A stretch of 30,949 bases of DNA from Pseudomonadota bacterium. GTDB lineage: Bacteria > Bdellovibrionota > FAC87 > UBA2466. The notes under the pieces were generated by a model. It did no database searches. It saw only the letters and a program-made list of their open reading frames with translations, and was not told the DNA's origin. Both the position numbers and the translations under genes were made by a program. Shown one piece after another: positions 7,339 to 16,440 of this stretch. The number at the start of each line of letters is the position of its first letter. The stretch's first letter is position 1. Where the stretch lies: assembly GCA_043718025.1 (NCBI GenBank), contig JAYSWN010000096.1, positions 1 to 30,949 on the forward strand, read 5' to 3'.

Positions 7339-8210
7339 GTTTTTAACTCCAGAAATTGTTCCTGATCCTTCATTAGGGCATCGAGCCGTGCTTGCACAAG
7401 CTTTTCTACGATCGGGGGCAACATCTTTTCGAGCACCTTTTCGACCACGGCCTGCAAGTCGGCTTCATTAATTCGGTGCTCCACTTTATTTTCTAAAGTG
7501 GCTTTAAAGGCGTGCGAGTCGGCCGATCCCATCACTTCGGCGGCCGGTTTTGGCGGCACCGGAACCACCCGCGCCGGTTCGTTTTTAGCGCCGGGGTGGC
7601 GAATCTGCGGAGCCCATTGGCCTTGCGCGGCAGAGGGTTCAAGGGTTTCGGGCATCGGCGGGTCGTTGGCCGTTACCTCGCGATCGGCGCTGGCCGCGTA
7701 ACTTCCGGTAGCTTCGCTTTCAAGCGTTTCACGAACTAGACGCGACTCGTCGGAAAAGGCGTCATTAAAAATCTTTTGTAGTCTCTGGTCTTCAAAATCT
7801 TCGGGATTGGTCGAGCCCATCGCGGCCGACGGCTTCGGCGGCTGGGGCACTTCGATGCCAACGGTCTTATCCGCCACCAATTTTTGCAGGTGCTGCGGCG
7901 AAAAAGGTTTTTTTAAGACGGCGGTGTAGTGCCGAACCTCTTTTAGCTCCTGCGCCGTGATTAAAATTAACGGCGGAACCGGGGCGCGGCGGTTAAGCCA
8001 CACCTCGACCTCTTTAGGAAAGGCACCAACGTTGATATCGCTCACCTGGTCACTCACCAAAATTAGTTGCGGCGCGTTCTCAATTACGAGTCGCATCGCT
8101 TCGGCACGCGTCTTAGCGTAAAGAATCGAAAATTTTGATTTGTCTAAGGTTAGAGCGACAACTTTTTGAACCGTTAAGCTCTCATCAATGAGAAGCACGC
8201 GTTTTCGCAT
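7335..8210 (-). CDS. romR: RomR-like response regulator (receiver, Pro/acidic linker, C-terminal helical domain)
   Basis: VLLIDESLTVQKVV receiver start, KPF motif, Pro-rich linker and C-terminal VVEKVLEKMLPPIVEKLVQARLDALMKD; lies upstream of birA-coaX. Confidence 0.7.
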   Translation of the reverse strand: MRKRVLLIDESLTVQKVVALTLDKSKFSILYAKTRAEAMRLVIENAPQLILVSDQVSDINVGAFPKEVEVWLNRRAPVPPLILITAQELKEVRHYTAVLKKPFSPQHLQKLVADKTVGIEVPQPPKPSAAMGSTNPEDFEDQRLQKIFNDAFSDESRLVRETLESEATGSYAASADREVTANDPPMPETLEPSAAQGQWAPQIRHPGAKNEPARVVPVPPKPAAEVMGSADSHAFKATLENKVEHRINEADLQAVVEKVLEKMLPPIVEKLVQARLDALMKDQEQFLELKT

Positions 8211-8366
8211 GCCAATATTGTACCACGTGGACCGGGTGAGGAAGCGGAATGTTAATTGATTGTAGTAGTGAGAGGTGCTCTAGGAGCTTAGGGACGGAGG
8301 AGGGGAGTCGAGAAAAGTTTTGGGCGAGAAACAGTTTTCACCGTCTCTCGCCCTAAAAAAAGAAAG

Positions 8367-8453
8367 TTACTTCTTTTTTTTACCAGCTTTACGCTTGGTT
8401 GCTTTTTTCTTGGTCGCTTTTTTTGCGACTTTCTTTTTCTTTTTCGCTGCCAT
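8367..8453 (-). CDS. 28-aa lysine-rich histone H1-like peptide (below the ORF track cut-off)
   Basis: MAAKKKKKVAKKATKKKATKRKAGKKKK*. GGGGGA RBS just upstream of the ATG; AAA/AAG codons are mixed rather than a plain A-run. Confidence 0.8.
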   Translation of the reverse strand: MAAKKKKKVAKKATKKKATKRKAGKKKK

Positions 8454-8916
8454 GGTTTCCCCCAATGTAACTTTAGGATGTTTGTTTACTTAGAATTGAG
8501 TGCTGCCGTAACAATTGATGCTCAATCTGGATTCAGTGTGACGTAAATTGTTTTACGAATCAAGCGATTAGTAAGGCGTGTCACATAATTTAAAGATTCT
8601 GCTTGCCAAAGAGAATTTAATTTTTCACAAACCAAATTCAGTCTGTCGTCGACAAAACTTTGTTGCGCGACAAAAAAAGTCGAGCGCTTTTTTACAAACT
8701 TTGATGCAAAAAATAATTTCAAAAAGCTTACTTTTTTTCGGAAAAAGAGTTGGAAACGAAAAAAAATTGCAAAAAACTCGCGAAGAAACAGTTTCAAACG
8801 CTAAGAAGTGGTCAAAAAACTCGCCGACAATTAAAAGTTGCCGCTAAATCGCGCCTTCGCCCGCGGTAAATCACTCGTGCCATGACAATCTCAAGCCACT
8901 GTCCTATCGCTTTGGA

Positions 8917-10173
8917 GTGAAATTACTTTCGCGTTCGTTTTTTGCTCAAACTTTGGTCGCCATTTGCGCCGGCGTGCTGGTTGCGGTGGCCTTTGGACCT
9001 AAGGTTGCCTTCTTAGGGGTGCTGGCCAAAGCTATTCTTGTCGTCATAAAAACCTTTGCCACGCCACTTTTGTTCTTGGCTATTGTTGATTCAGTGTTGC
9101 AAGCCCAGTTTGGTGGCCGCGGCATCTTATGGATGATGGCAATCAGCGGCGTAAACGGTTTGTGCGCGGTTGCGATCGCGTTAGTGATCTCAAATACCTT
9201 CCATCCCGGCACTTATCTCAAGCTTCACGATGGCACCGGAGCGTTGAAAGCCTTGGCCGATAAAAAAATGGACTGGGGCGACGCCATTATTTCGCAACTG
9301 CCCGACAGTTTGATTGGCCCCTTCGCCAGCCACAACTTACCGGCAGTCATTTTTTTGGCCCTGTTCTTTGGTTTTGCGATTCGCGCGCTGGCTCAAGACA
9401 AAGAAGGCATTGCGGCACCTTTTTATGAGCTGGTGAAAGAGACCATTTCGTTTGGTCTCAAACTCAACATGAAGATCTTAAGGTGGATCGTGGCGGTTGC
9501 CCCCATCGCCATCTTTGCGGCGGTGGCCAAGGCCATCGGTGAAAAGGGCTTCGCCTTGCTTCCGGGGCTTGGCGCGTACGTGCTCACCTGCTTAGTGGGC
9601 ATGTTCATTCAAGTGGTGGTGGTTTACCAAATTTGGATTGGCTTAATCGGCGGCCGCAAGCTCAGCACCTTTTGGCGCGAGGCCAAAGAGGCCATTCTTT
9701 ATTCTTTCGGCGTCAATAGCAGCTTGGCAACCCTGCCCCTGAGTTTGAGCGCGATGGAGCGTTTGCAGGTATCGCCCGCGTCGGCGCGACTTTCGGCATG
9801 CGTGGGCACCAACCTTAATAATGATGGCATTCTTCTTTATGAAGTGGCGGCCGCCCTATTCTTAGCCCAGGCCTACGGAATTCATTTAGGGTTGTGGCAG
9901 CAGATCGGACTGGCCGGGGTGTGTGTGTTTGCCACCATTGGCGTGGCCGGTGTTCCAGACGCCGGCATCATCGCCCTGGCGTTGGTGTTGTCGACGGTGG
10001 GTTTGCCCGATGAGGCGCTGCCGATTTTGCTCAGTGTGGATTGGATTGTGGCCCGTTGCCGATCGATGGTGAATGTAACGAGCGATCTCACCGTGGCCAT
10101 CGGCATTGATGCCATGCAAGGGCGGCGGCCGGTGGTTGAAGTACTGCCGCGAAAGCGGCGGGCTAACCGCTAG
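8917..10173 (+). CDS. Dicarboxylate/amino acid:cation symporter (DAACS family)
   Basis: Many TM segments; NSSLATLP (HP1), GTNLNNDG (TM7), GVAGVP (HP2) and VDWIVARCRSMVNVTSD (TM8). Confidence 0.93.
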   Translation: MKLLSRSFFAQTLVAICAGVLVAVAFGPKVAFLGVLAKAILVVIKTFATPLLFLAIVDSVLQAQFGGRGILWMMAISGVNGLCAVAIALVISNTFHPGTYLKLHDGTGALKALADKKMDWGDAIISQLPDSLIGPFASHNLPAVIFLALFFGFAIRALAQDKEGIAAPFYELVKETISFGLKLNMKILRWIVAVAPIAIFAAVAKAIGEKGFALLPGLGAYVLTCLVGMFIQVVVVYQIWIGLIGGRKLSTFWREAKEAILYSFGVNSSLATLPLSLSAMERLQVSPASARLSACVGTNLNNDGILLYEVAAALFLAQAYGIHLGLWQQIGLAGVCVFATIGVAGVPDAGIIALALVLSTVGLPDEALPILLSVDWIVARCRSMVNVTSDLTVAIGIDAMQGRRPVVEVLPRKRRANR

Positions 10174-10269
10174 AATCGTTTGCCTTTTCGTAACCCTCTA
10201 GTTAACCTTTCGCGACAAAAACGGACTCTCTAGTTTAGATGTCCTTCTTTAGATTTAAGGAGCTTTATC

Positions 10270-10767
10270 TTGTCAGCAGCGGATAGCGTTGTCCTCACGA
10301 CCGTCGACGAAGTGGTGAATTGGGGACGCACCAATTCTCTTTGGCCACTCACCTTCGGATTGGCCTGTTGTGCGATAGAGATGATGGCGGTGGGCGCGGC
10401 CGACTATGATTTAGAGCGTTTTGGCTGCGGCGTGTTTCGCGCCACTCCCCGCCAGGCCGATTTAATGATCGTTGCCGGCACCGTCACTTTAAAAATGGCC
10501 TCACGCATCCGCACTCTTTACGAGCAAATGCCTGACCCCAAATGGGTGATTTCGATGGGCAGCTGTTCAAATAAAGGTGGTCCCTACTGGCAAGAGGGGT
10601 ACCACGTGCTTAAAGGCGTAGATCGTATTATTCCGGTGGATATTTACGTTCCGGGTTGCCCGCCGCGTCCAGAAACTCTGCTTGAAGCCATTATGCTTTT
10701 GCAAAAAAAGATTAAGGTTCAAGAGAGCAATCATAAGGCCTTTGGCTTTTTGCGGGGGCAGGCGTGA
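10270..10767 (+). CDS. nuoB: NADH-quinone oxidoreductase subunit B
   Basis: [28 protein letters not shown] and [13 protein letters not shown] start with AAGGAG RBS. Confidence 0.97.
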   Translation: MSAADSVVLTTVDEVVNWGRTNSLWPLTFGLACCAIEMMAVGAADYDLERFGCGVFRATPRQADLMIVAGTVTLKMASRIRTLYEQMPDPKWVISMGSCSNKGGPYWQEGYHVLKGVDRIIPVDIYVPGCPPRPETLLEAIMLLQKKIKVQESNHKAFGFLRGQA

Positions 10768-11291
10768 AATTCGAAGACATTCTGCAAAATTTAACCGGTC
10801 GTTTTCCCGGCGTCAGCTTTGGCAAGGGCGAAACCAAGCCCGATCCCTTTATCACCGTGCCTAAAGAAAAGATTTACGACGTGGTGGAGCACATTCACAA
10901 AGAGCTGCATTTCGAAACCATCGGCAGCATTTCGGGCGCCGACTACCCTAAGACCTCTACCTTTGAGGTGGTCTATCACTTGGCGTCGTACACGCACAAA
11001 ACCATCGTTTGCCTAAAAGTGATTTTGCCGCGCGAGAACGGCGTGAGCGTTCAAAGCCTCACCCCACTGTTTAAAGGGGCCAACTGGCTTGAGCGCGAAA
11101 CTTACGATATGTACGGCATCTCTTTTGAGGGGCACCCCGATCACCGGCGCATTTTATGTCCGGAAGACTGGGTGGGCTTTCCGCTGCGTAAAGACTACCA
11201 AACGCCCGACTATTATTCGGGCATGCCGGTACCGCTCTCGTTTCCCGACGACGACGTTGGCGCCACCGAAGTGGGGAGTGCCACTATATGA
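10764..11291 (+). CDS. nuoC: NADH-quinone oxidoreductase subunit C
   Basis: [33 protein letters not shown] and GFPLRKDY. Confidence 0.96.
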   Translation: MKFEDILQNLTGRFPGVSFGKGETKPDPFITVPKEKIYDVVEHIHKELHFETIGSISGADYPKTSTFEVVYHLASYTHKTIVCLKVILPRENGVSVQSLTPLFKGANWLERETYDMYGISFEGHPDHRRILCPEDWVGFPLRKDYQTPDYYSGMPVPLSFPDDDVGATEVGSATI

Positions 11292-12448
11292 ATCAAGTCG
11301 TAAACCCAACTCTGCCCGGGGCACCGGCCCTCGAAAATTTAAGAACCGACGAATTGCTTTTAAACATGGGCCCGCAGCACCCCAGTACGCACGGCGTGCT
11401 TCGGGTGATTGTCACCACCGATGGTGAGATCGTGCGCAGTGCTCATCCTGAAATTGGCTACTTGCACCGCTGCATGGAAAAGCACGCCGAAGCGGTTGAT
11501 TACATGAGCGTAATGCCCTTTGTCGATCGCCTAGACTATTTGGCGGCCATGAACAACTCGATGGGTTGGGCGATTGCGGTTGAGAAAATGCTGGGGCTCG
11601 AAGTGCCTCGGCGCGCCGAATACATTCGCGTGATTATTGCTGAGCTTCAGCGGGTGGGCAGCCACCTGATGGCTTTCGGCACCTACGGTTTGGATTTGGG
11701 GGCGTTTACCGCCTTTATGTACGCCTTTCGTGATCGCGAAAAGATTTTAGATGTTTTTGAGTCGATTAGCGGCGCGCGCCTGCTCTACAACTATATGTGG
11801 GTTGGTGGGGTGGCTCGCGACATTACCCCCGCACAGATCGCCCAGATCAAAGAATTTGTCACTTACATGAAACCTAAGGTCGAAGAGTACAACACTTTGG
11901 TGTCGTACAATCAGATCTTCATCGAGCGCACCAAAGATGTGGGCGTGATGGATGTGGACCTGTGTTTTGACTACGGCCTTACGGGCTGTATTTTGCGGGC
12001 CGCCGGTTATAAGTGGGATTTACGCAAAGACATTCCTTATTCGATCTACCCTGAGGTGCAGTTTGATGTGCCGGTGGGCAATGGCGAAATGGGAACTTTG
12101 GGCGATTGCTGGGATAGGCACATTGTGCGCATGCGCGAAATGACCCAAAGCTTGCGCATTATCGAACAGCTGATCGACGGCATCCCCAGCGGACCGCACC
12201 GGGGTAAAATAGGCAAAGTGATAAAGCCACCGGCGGGAGAGCATTTTTCTAGAACCGAATGCCCACGCGGCGAGTTGGCTTTTTACATTGTTTCAGATGG
12301 CACGGCGAAACCTTACCGCGTCAAGGCGAAGAGCCCGTGCTTTTTGAACGTAGCTACCTTAAATGACTTGAGCCAAGGCGTGATGGTCTCTGACTTAATC
12401 GCCACCTTGGGCAGCTTCGACATCGTGTTGGGAGAGGTAGATCGATGA
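11288..12448 (+). CDS. nuoD: NADH-quinone oxidoreductase subunit D
   Basis: [34 protein letters not shown] and DIVLGEVDR; lacks hydrogenase Ni-binding CxxC pairs. Confidence 0.97.
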   Translation: MNQVVNPTLPGAPALENLRTDELLLNMGPQHPSTHGVLRVIVTTDGEIVRSAHPEIGYLHRCMEKHAEAVDYMSVMPFVDRLDYLAAMNNSMGWAIAVEKMLGLEVPRRAEYIRVIIAELQRVGSHLMAFGTYGLDLGAFTAFMYAFRDREKILDVFESISGARLLYNYMWVGGVARDITPAQIAQIKEFVTYMKPKVEEYNTLVSYNQIFIERTKDVGVMDVDLCFDYGLTGCILRAAGYKWDLRKDIPYSIYPEVQFDVPVGNGEMGTLGDCWDRHIVRMREMTQSLRIIEQLIDGIPSGPHRGKIGKVIKPPAGEHFSRTECPRGELAFYIVSDGTAKPYRVKAKSPCFLNVATLNDLSQGVMVSDLIATLGSFDIVLGEVDR

Positions 12449-12909
12449 CGCTAATTGATTACGTTGAATTGATTCGTGATACCGCCGTCAGCACTTTTAA
12501 GGGGATGGCGGTTACCATCAAGGTATTTGGCCGGGTTAACACCAAGGGTGACATCACCATTCAGTACCCCGAAGTCAAAGATCACCTGCCGCTGGGATCG
12601 CGCGGGTTGCTTTTTAACGACGTGGAAGACTGCATCTCCTGCAAGCAGTGCGCGGTGGCCTGTCCGGTAGATTGCATTTACATCGAGGCCGATAAAAAAG
12701 GGACCACCGATTCGCCCGATTTTACTAAAGGTGGCGTTAAGAAAACGCTTAACCTGAAGCGTTTTGAGATCGATATTTCTTTGTGCTGCTATTGTGGGCT
12801 TTGCAGTGCGGCTTGCCCTACAGATTGTTTGTATCACACTAAGGAATACGAATACTCGGTAGTAGATCGCGATAAGCACATCATGGATTACATGGACTAT
12901 CAGAGGTAA
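12445..12909 (+). CDS. nuoI: NADH-quinone oxidoreductase subunit I (2x[4Fe-4S])
   Basis: TIQYPE, CISCKQCAVACP and CCYCGLCSAACP. Confidence 0.92.
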   Translation: MTLIDYVELIRDTAVSTFKGMAVTIKVFGRVNTKGDITIQYPEVKDHLPLGSRGLLFNDVEDCISCKQCAVACPVDCIYIEADKKGTTDSPDFTKGGVKKTLNLKRFEIDISLCCYCGLCSAACPTDCLYHTKEYEYSVVDRDKHIMDYMDYQR

Positions 12910-13533
12910 ATGGCTACGGAGCGCGCTAAGAAAAATTTCCAGCATTGGAAACAGTTTCTTGATTCAGCGCGAGCCTTTTTCTTCAACTCGTCTCCCCCCC
13001 GTATCACCGAAAATAGCTCGCTTCGCGATGTGCTTCGCCACTATCCGCAAGGTAGGGAGGTGTTGCGCCAGCAATTCCACATGACGGTCACGACGCACGA
13101 GATGGGGCAGACGCTTCGCCAACTTTCGCAAAATTATGGCCTGCCTCCGCCGCAGGTTTTGTTTATGGAGATTCAGCTGGCGGCGAAGAACAGCCGCATT
13201 CGGCAGATATCGCCAGTGGAAGCCAAACGGCTTATTGACGCTAATCAAGCGGTGCTGGTGGTTGACGTGCGAGAGCCTTCGGAGTGGGCGCACCACGCCG
13301 GCATTGAGGGGGCGATTCGCTGCGAACAGTCGGCGCTTAATGGTGCCCTCATGAACTTACCGCCAAGCACTTCACTAGTGCTGTACTGCCACTTCGGAGT
13401 GCGGAGTTTAGATTTTGCTCACTGGCTGGCCGATCAGGGATTTACCTCGGTAATGGTGATTCGCGGCGGCCTTGATGCCTGGTCAACCCAGGTTGATTCC
13501 GCCATTGCCCGCTACGATGGCAGCTATTGCTGA
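12910..13533 (+). CDS. Rhodanese-domain protein with an extra N-terminal helical domain
   Basis: VVDVREPSEW, LYCHFGVRS (active Cys), GGLDAWSTQVD; starts immediately after the nuoI stop. Confidence 0.88.
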   Translation: MATERAKKNFQHWKQFLDSARAFFFNSSPPRITENSSLRDVLRHYPQGREVLRQQFHMTVTTHEMGQTLRQLSQNYGLPPPQVLFMEIQLAAKNSRIRQISPVEAKRLIDANQAVLVVDVREPSEWAHHAGIEGAIRCEQSALNGALMNLPPSTSLVLYCHFGVRSLDFAHWLADQGFTSVMVIRGGLDAWSTQVDSAIARYDGSYC

Positions 13534-13581
13534 TGGCGCAATTGAAGTGGCTAGCCCGCCGCCGGTAAGGTAAACCGGGGC

Positions 13582-14526
13582 ATGAAAATTTTTGCCTTGC
13601 TCACTCTCTTTTTCGTCGGCCCTCTATTTGCCGCGAGTTATCTCTCTCCCACCGATCGCTTCCGGCTGGTGTACGAATTTGAAGTTCCGCCGCTTAAAGA
13701 GGGGCAACGGGGCCAAATATGGGTGCCGATCGCCTCGTCCGACAACTACCAGAAAGTGACGGTCACATCGGTAAGTGACGTGGCGGCCCTTTCTCAAACC
13801 AGCGAAACTCAATTCCACAATCAGGCGAAGCACCTCTCGTTTACCAAGGCAGATGAAAAGAAGCGATTCTCTATAACTTACGATGTGGTGCGCCAAGAAA
13901 AAGGCGCTTACCCAAATACCGATACAGACATTCCTCGCTACCTGCGAAGCGAACCGATGGTCCCGCTCAACGCCCGCTTTAAAAAAATTGCCGCCGAGGT
14001 TACCGCCGGTAAAAAAACTACCGCCGATAAAGGGCGCGCCATTTACGACTACGTTTTATCGGTAATGAAGTACGACAAGAGCGGAAGCGGTTGGGGGCGC
14101 GGTGACGCCGTTTACGCCTGCGATTCAAAAACCGGAAACTGCACCGATTTCCACGCCCTTTTTATCGCCATTGCGCGATCCGCCAAAATTCCAAGCCGGT
14201 TTGCCATTGGCTTCACAATTCCCACCGATAAAAATTCGGGAGCCATCGATGGCTATCATTGCTGGGCCGAGTTTTTAGCCGATGGAAAATGGATTCCGGT
14301 GGATATCTCGGAAGCGTGGAAGCACCCAGAAGAGCGTGAATACTATTTTGGTCACCATCCGGCTAACCGCATTGAGATTAGCCGGGGGCGTGAGTTGCGT
14401 TTTTCGCCCTTTGCCAATCAAGCGCCAATAAATTTTATGGTGCATCCGTATCTCGAAATTGACGGTAAGGCGGGTAAGTTCACCGGCACCTATTCCTTCT
14501 CACGAACTCCCGCCGATCGAATGTGA
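13582..14526 (+). CDS. Exported transglutaminase-like (Cys-His-Asp) protein
   Basis: Signal peptide; GNCTDFH, GYHCWAEF and WIPVD catalytic triad motifs. Confidence 0.92.
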   Translation: MKIFALLTLFFVGPLFAASYLSPTDRFRLVYEFEVPPLKEGQRGQIWVPIASSDNYQKVTVTSVSDVAALSQTSETQFHNQAKHLSFTKADEKKRFSITYDVVRQEKGAYPNTDTDIPRYLRSEPMVPLNARFKKIAAEVTAGKKTTADKGRAIYDYVLSVMKYDKSGSGWGRGDAVYACDSKTGNCTDFHALFIAIARSAKIPSRFAIGFTIPTDKNSGAIDGYHCWAEFLADGKWIPVDISEAWKHPEEREYYFGHHPANRIEISRGRELRFSPFANQAPINFMVHPYLEIDGKAGKFTGTYSFSRTPADRM

Positions 14527-14584
14527 GAGGGGCAGTCCGTAATCCTAAACCGGAAAGTGGATTTCTCGGGGGAGGCTGGGAAAT

Positions 14585-14612
14585 AAAAAAGCCGACCAGA
14601 AGTCGGCTTTTT
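14585..14612. terminator. Bidirectional Rho-independent terminator
   Basis: AAAAAA-GCCGAC-CAGAA-GTCGGC-TTTTT between convergent genes. Confidence 0.9.
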
Positions 14613-14641
14613 CAAAAGCGGTTTGTAAGTCAAATGCGCGA

Positions 14642-14926
14642 TTAAGCGCTAAGGGCTTTGTGAATCGCGGCGCTCAGCCGAGCAATTTGTCGAGAGGCGT
14701 TGCCCTTCTTGATCAAACCGCGGCTAGAGGCCTTCATGAGCGCCCGTTGGGCTTCGTTGAGAAGAGTCGGAAGGGTTTTCTTCATCTCTTCTTTTTTTGC
14801 CTTAGTAGTGAGGGTGGCTCGTACCTTTTTTACTACCGTGCGAAGGTTCGCACGCGACTGACGGTTTTTTAAATTACGTTTTTTTGCCTGACGGGCAGCT
14901 TTTAGTGCGGAAGCGTGTCGTTCCAT
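14642..14926 (-). CDS. rpsT: 30S ribosomal protein S20
   Basis: RHASALKAARQAKKRNLKNRQSRANLRTVVKKV...KASSRGLIKKGNASRQIARLS; AAGGA RBS. Confidence 0.95.
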   Translation of the reverse strand: MERHASALKAARQAKKRNLKNRQSRANLRTVVKKVRATLTTKAKKEEMKKTLPTLLNEAQRALMKASSRGLIKKGNASRQIARLSAAIHKALSA

Positions 14927-15120
14927 TTTGCTTTAATCCTTGGTCTACAAACTAGAGAAAAAACTTCTCAGAAAACAAACTTAAGTAGTTCTGTTTCTTA
15001 CAAAAGTCAATTGTTTACCTACGCACGGGCCGGTGGAGGGTCTTGGACAGGCTTGGTAATTGCCAAATAAATCAGTCAGTTAAGCCTGCCTTTGGGCTGG
15101 CCCCGCTTTCTCCCCGTCGA

Positions 15121-15143
15121 GATTGTCAACGCTGTAGACAATC
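15121..15143. promoter_or_regulatory. Palindromic TGTC-N9-GACA site
   Basis: GATTGTC-aacgctgta-GACAATC with perfect 7-bp arms, just upstream of a GG-N10-GC element. Confidence 0.6.
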
Positions 15144-15170
15144 AGAGTACAAAAGCCCCGCTCAATTTCA

Positions 15171-15187
15171 GGGCGTGGCGTTTGCAC
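15171..15187 (+). promoter_or_regulatory. Putative sigma54 promoter
   Basis: gGG-CGTGGCGTTT-GCac (GG 15172-3, GC 15184-5), 28 nt before the ATG at 15214. Confidence 0.6.
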
Positions 15188-15213
15188 TATCTAAGCTAGA
15201 TCGAGCGAACAAC

Positions 15214-16440
15214 ATGTTTACACCTAGACTACGACATCGAGGAGCCACCGCAGTTTTGCTAATTTCGCTTGGGCTATTTCCTACGCGTGGATCGGCCGAA
15301 ATTAACTCGGCTCCCAGTTCCGCCGCCGTAGTCATTCCCACTCAAGCTCCCCCACCACCTACAGATAGAAAAGACGGTTCCGGCGCCGCGGTGGCACTTG
15401 CGGCGGCAGGGGCGGCAATGGCCGGACTCTCATGCATGATGTTGATGAAACAGGCGCAAGAGGCGACCGATGAGTCGCAAAAAAATATGCTCATGGCCAT
15501 GGCGATGCAACAGTGCGGGCAAGCCGCTTCGAATTTGGCGAACGCCGCCCAGAACCAAAAGGGTAAAGAAGGTTTAACCAGTCCAGCGGTGGCTCAGCCG
15601 CAGTTGAAAACTGAAAATGCGGCGACGCCGGCGGCCAAAGAGGAATCGCAAAGGCCAGCCCCAGAAAGCGTCGCCACTCCCGAAGCCGTCGCCGATGCGG
15701 TGAGCACTCCGGCGCCCGGCCAAACCTCAAGCGGAGTGGTGGATAAGTCTGCCTTCGACGCTAAGCCCGCTAGCGTTGTCAAAACTGATACTGTGAAACT
15801 GGCGGCAACTCCGGTGGCCAACACGCCAAATTTAATTCCCGAATCTCGCGTCGGCTTTGATGATCAGGCAAAGGGCGGGGAGAGTGCCGCGGCCTCACAG
15901 GCTGCGGGCGGTGGCCTGCTTGGGCTTGCGGCGGCTGGCGCCGCTACCGGTCCGGCCGGCAATGCGGCCGGGGCAAAAAATCTTTCGCAGTTACTTGGCG
16001 GTGGCGATCGGCGCGGCGGAAACAAAGAGGCTAAGGGCGATACTCACGGAGAAGGGGCCGGCGGATCAGGCGAAGCTAAGTCAGAGAAAGCTGGCGATAT
16101 GGATATGAATGCGATGCTCGCCCAGTTGATGGGGGGCGGAGCCGGGGCGGCCACGGCGGCCGATGCAGCGGCTAGCGGCATCATCAATTTAAAAGAGTTT
16201 GCGTCGGCTAATGGAAACGCAGAGAACGAAGCGCTGCCCAATATTTTTCAGTACGCGAGCTTTCGTTACCACGGCTTGAAAAAAGAGGGCGGCGTAGGTT
16301 TAGCCAAATCCGCGGTGGCCCAAAAAGCACTTTTAACGGCACCGCAGACCATGGTCGCAGCGAGAAATACTGCTTCGCTGGCCGCGCTCACTTCTAAAAC
16401 GGCAACCGCAAAAAATATTTCTGCAAAGAGGAAACCATGA
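15214..16440 (+). CDS. Secreted Ala/Gly-rich hypothetical protein, paralog 1
   Basis: Likely start is the ATG at 15214 (MFTPRLRHRGATAVLLISLGLFPTRGSA-E). Contains SCMMLMKQAQ...MAMQQC, AMLAQLMGG and PNIFQYASFRY. Confidence 0.85.
   Translation: MFTPRLRHRGATAVLLISLGLFPTRGSAEINSAPSSAAVVIPTQAPPPPTDRKDGSGAAVALAAAGAAMAGLSCMMLMKQAQEATDESQKNMLMAMAMQQCGQAASNLANAAQNQKGKEGLTSPAVAQPQLKTENAATPAAKEESQRPAPESVATPEAVADAVSTPAPGQTSSGVVDKSAFDAKPASVVKTDTVKLAATPVANTPNLIPESRVGFDDQAKGGESAAASQAAGGGLLGLAAAGAATGPAGNAAGAKNLSQLLGGGDRRGGNKEAKGDTHGEGAGGSGEAKSEKAGDMDMNAMLAQLMGGGAGAATAADAAASGIINLKEFASANGNAENEALPNIFQYASFRYHGLKKEGGVGLAKSAVAQKALLTAPQTMVAARNTASLAALTSKTATAKNISAKRKP

Noticed and set aside
8321..8353. GGGCGAGA...TCTCGCCC hairpin downstream of the Lys-rich peptide
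   Set aside because: No U-tract follows it on either strand, so it cannot be called an intrinsic terminator.
8522..8847. ORFs 8522..8797(-) and 8578..8847(+)
   Set aside because: K/F-rich translations of A/T tracts with no recognisable motif; probably regulatory DNA.
11288..12448. Group 4 [NiFe]-hydrogenase large subunit as an alternative to NuoD
   Set aside because: No N- or C-terminal CxxC nickel ligands; ends in the NuoD-type GEVDR.
15043..15213. N-terminal extension of the 465-aa ORF
   Set aside because: It overlaps the palindrome and the sigma54-type promoter; the signal peptide begins at the ATG at 15214.
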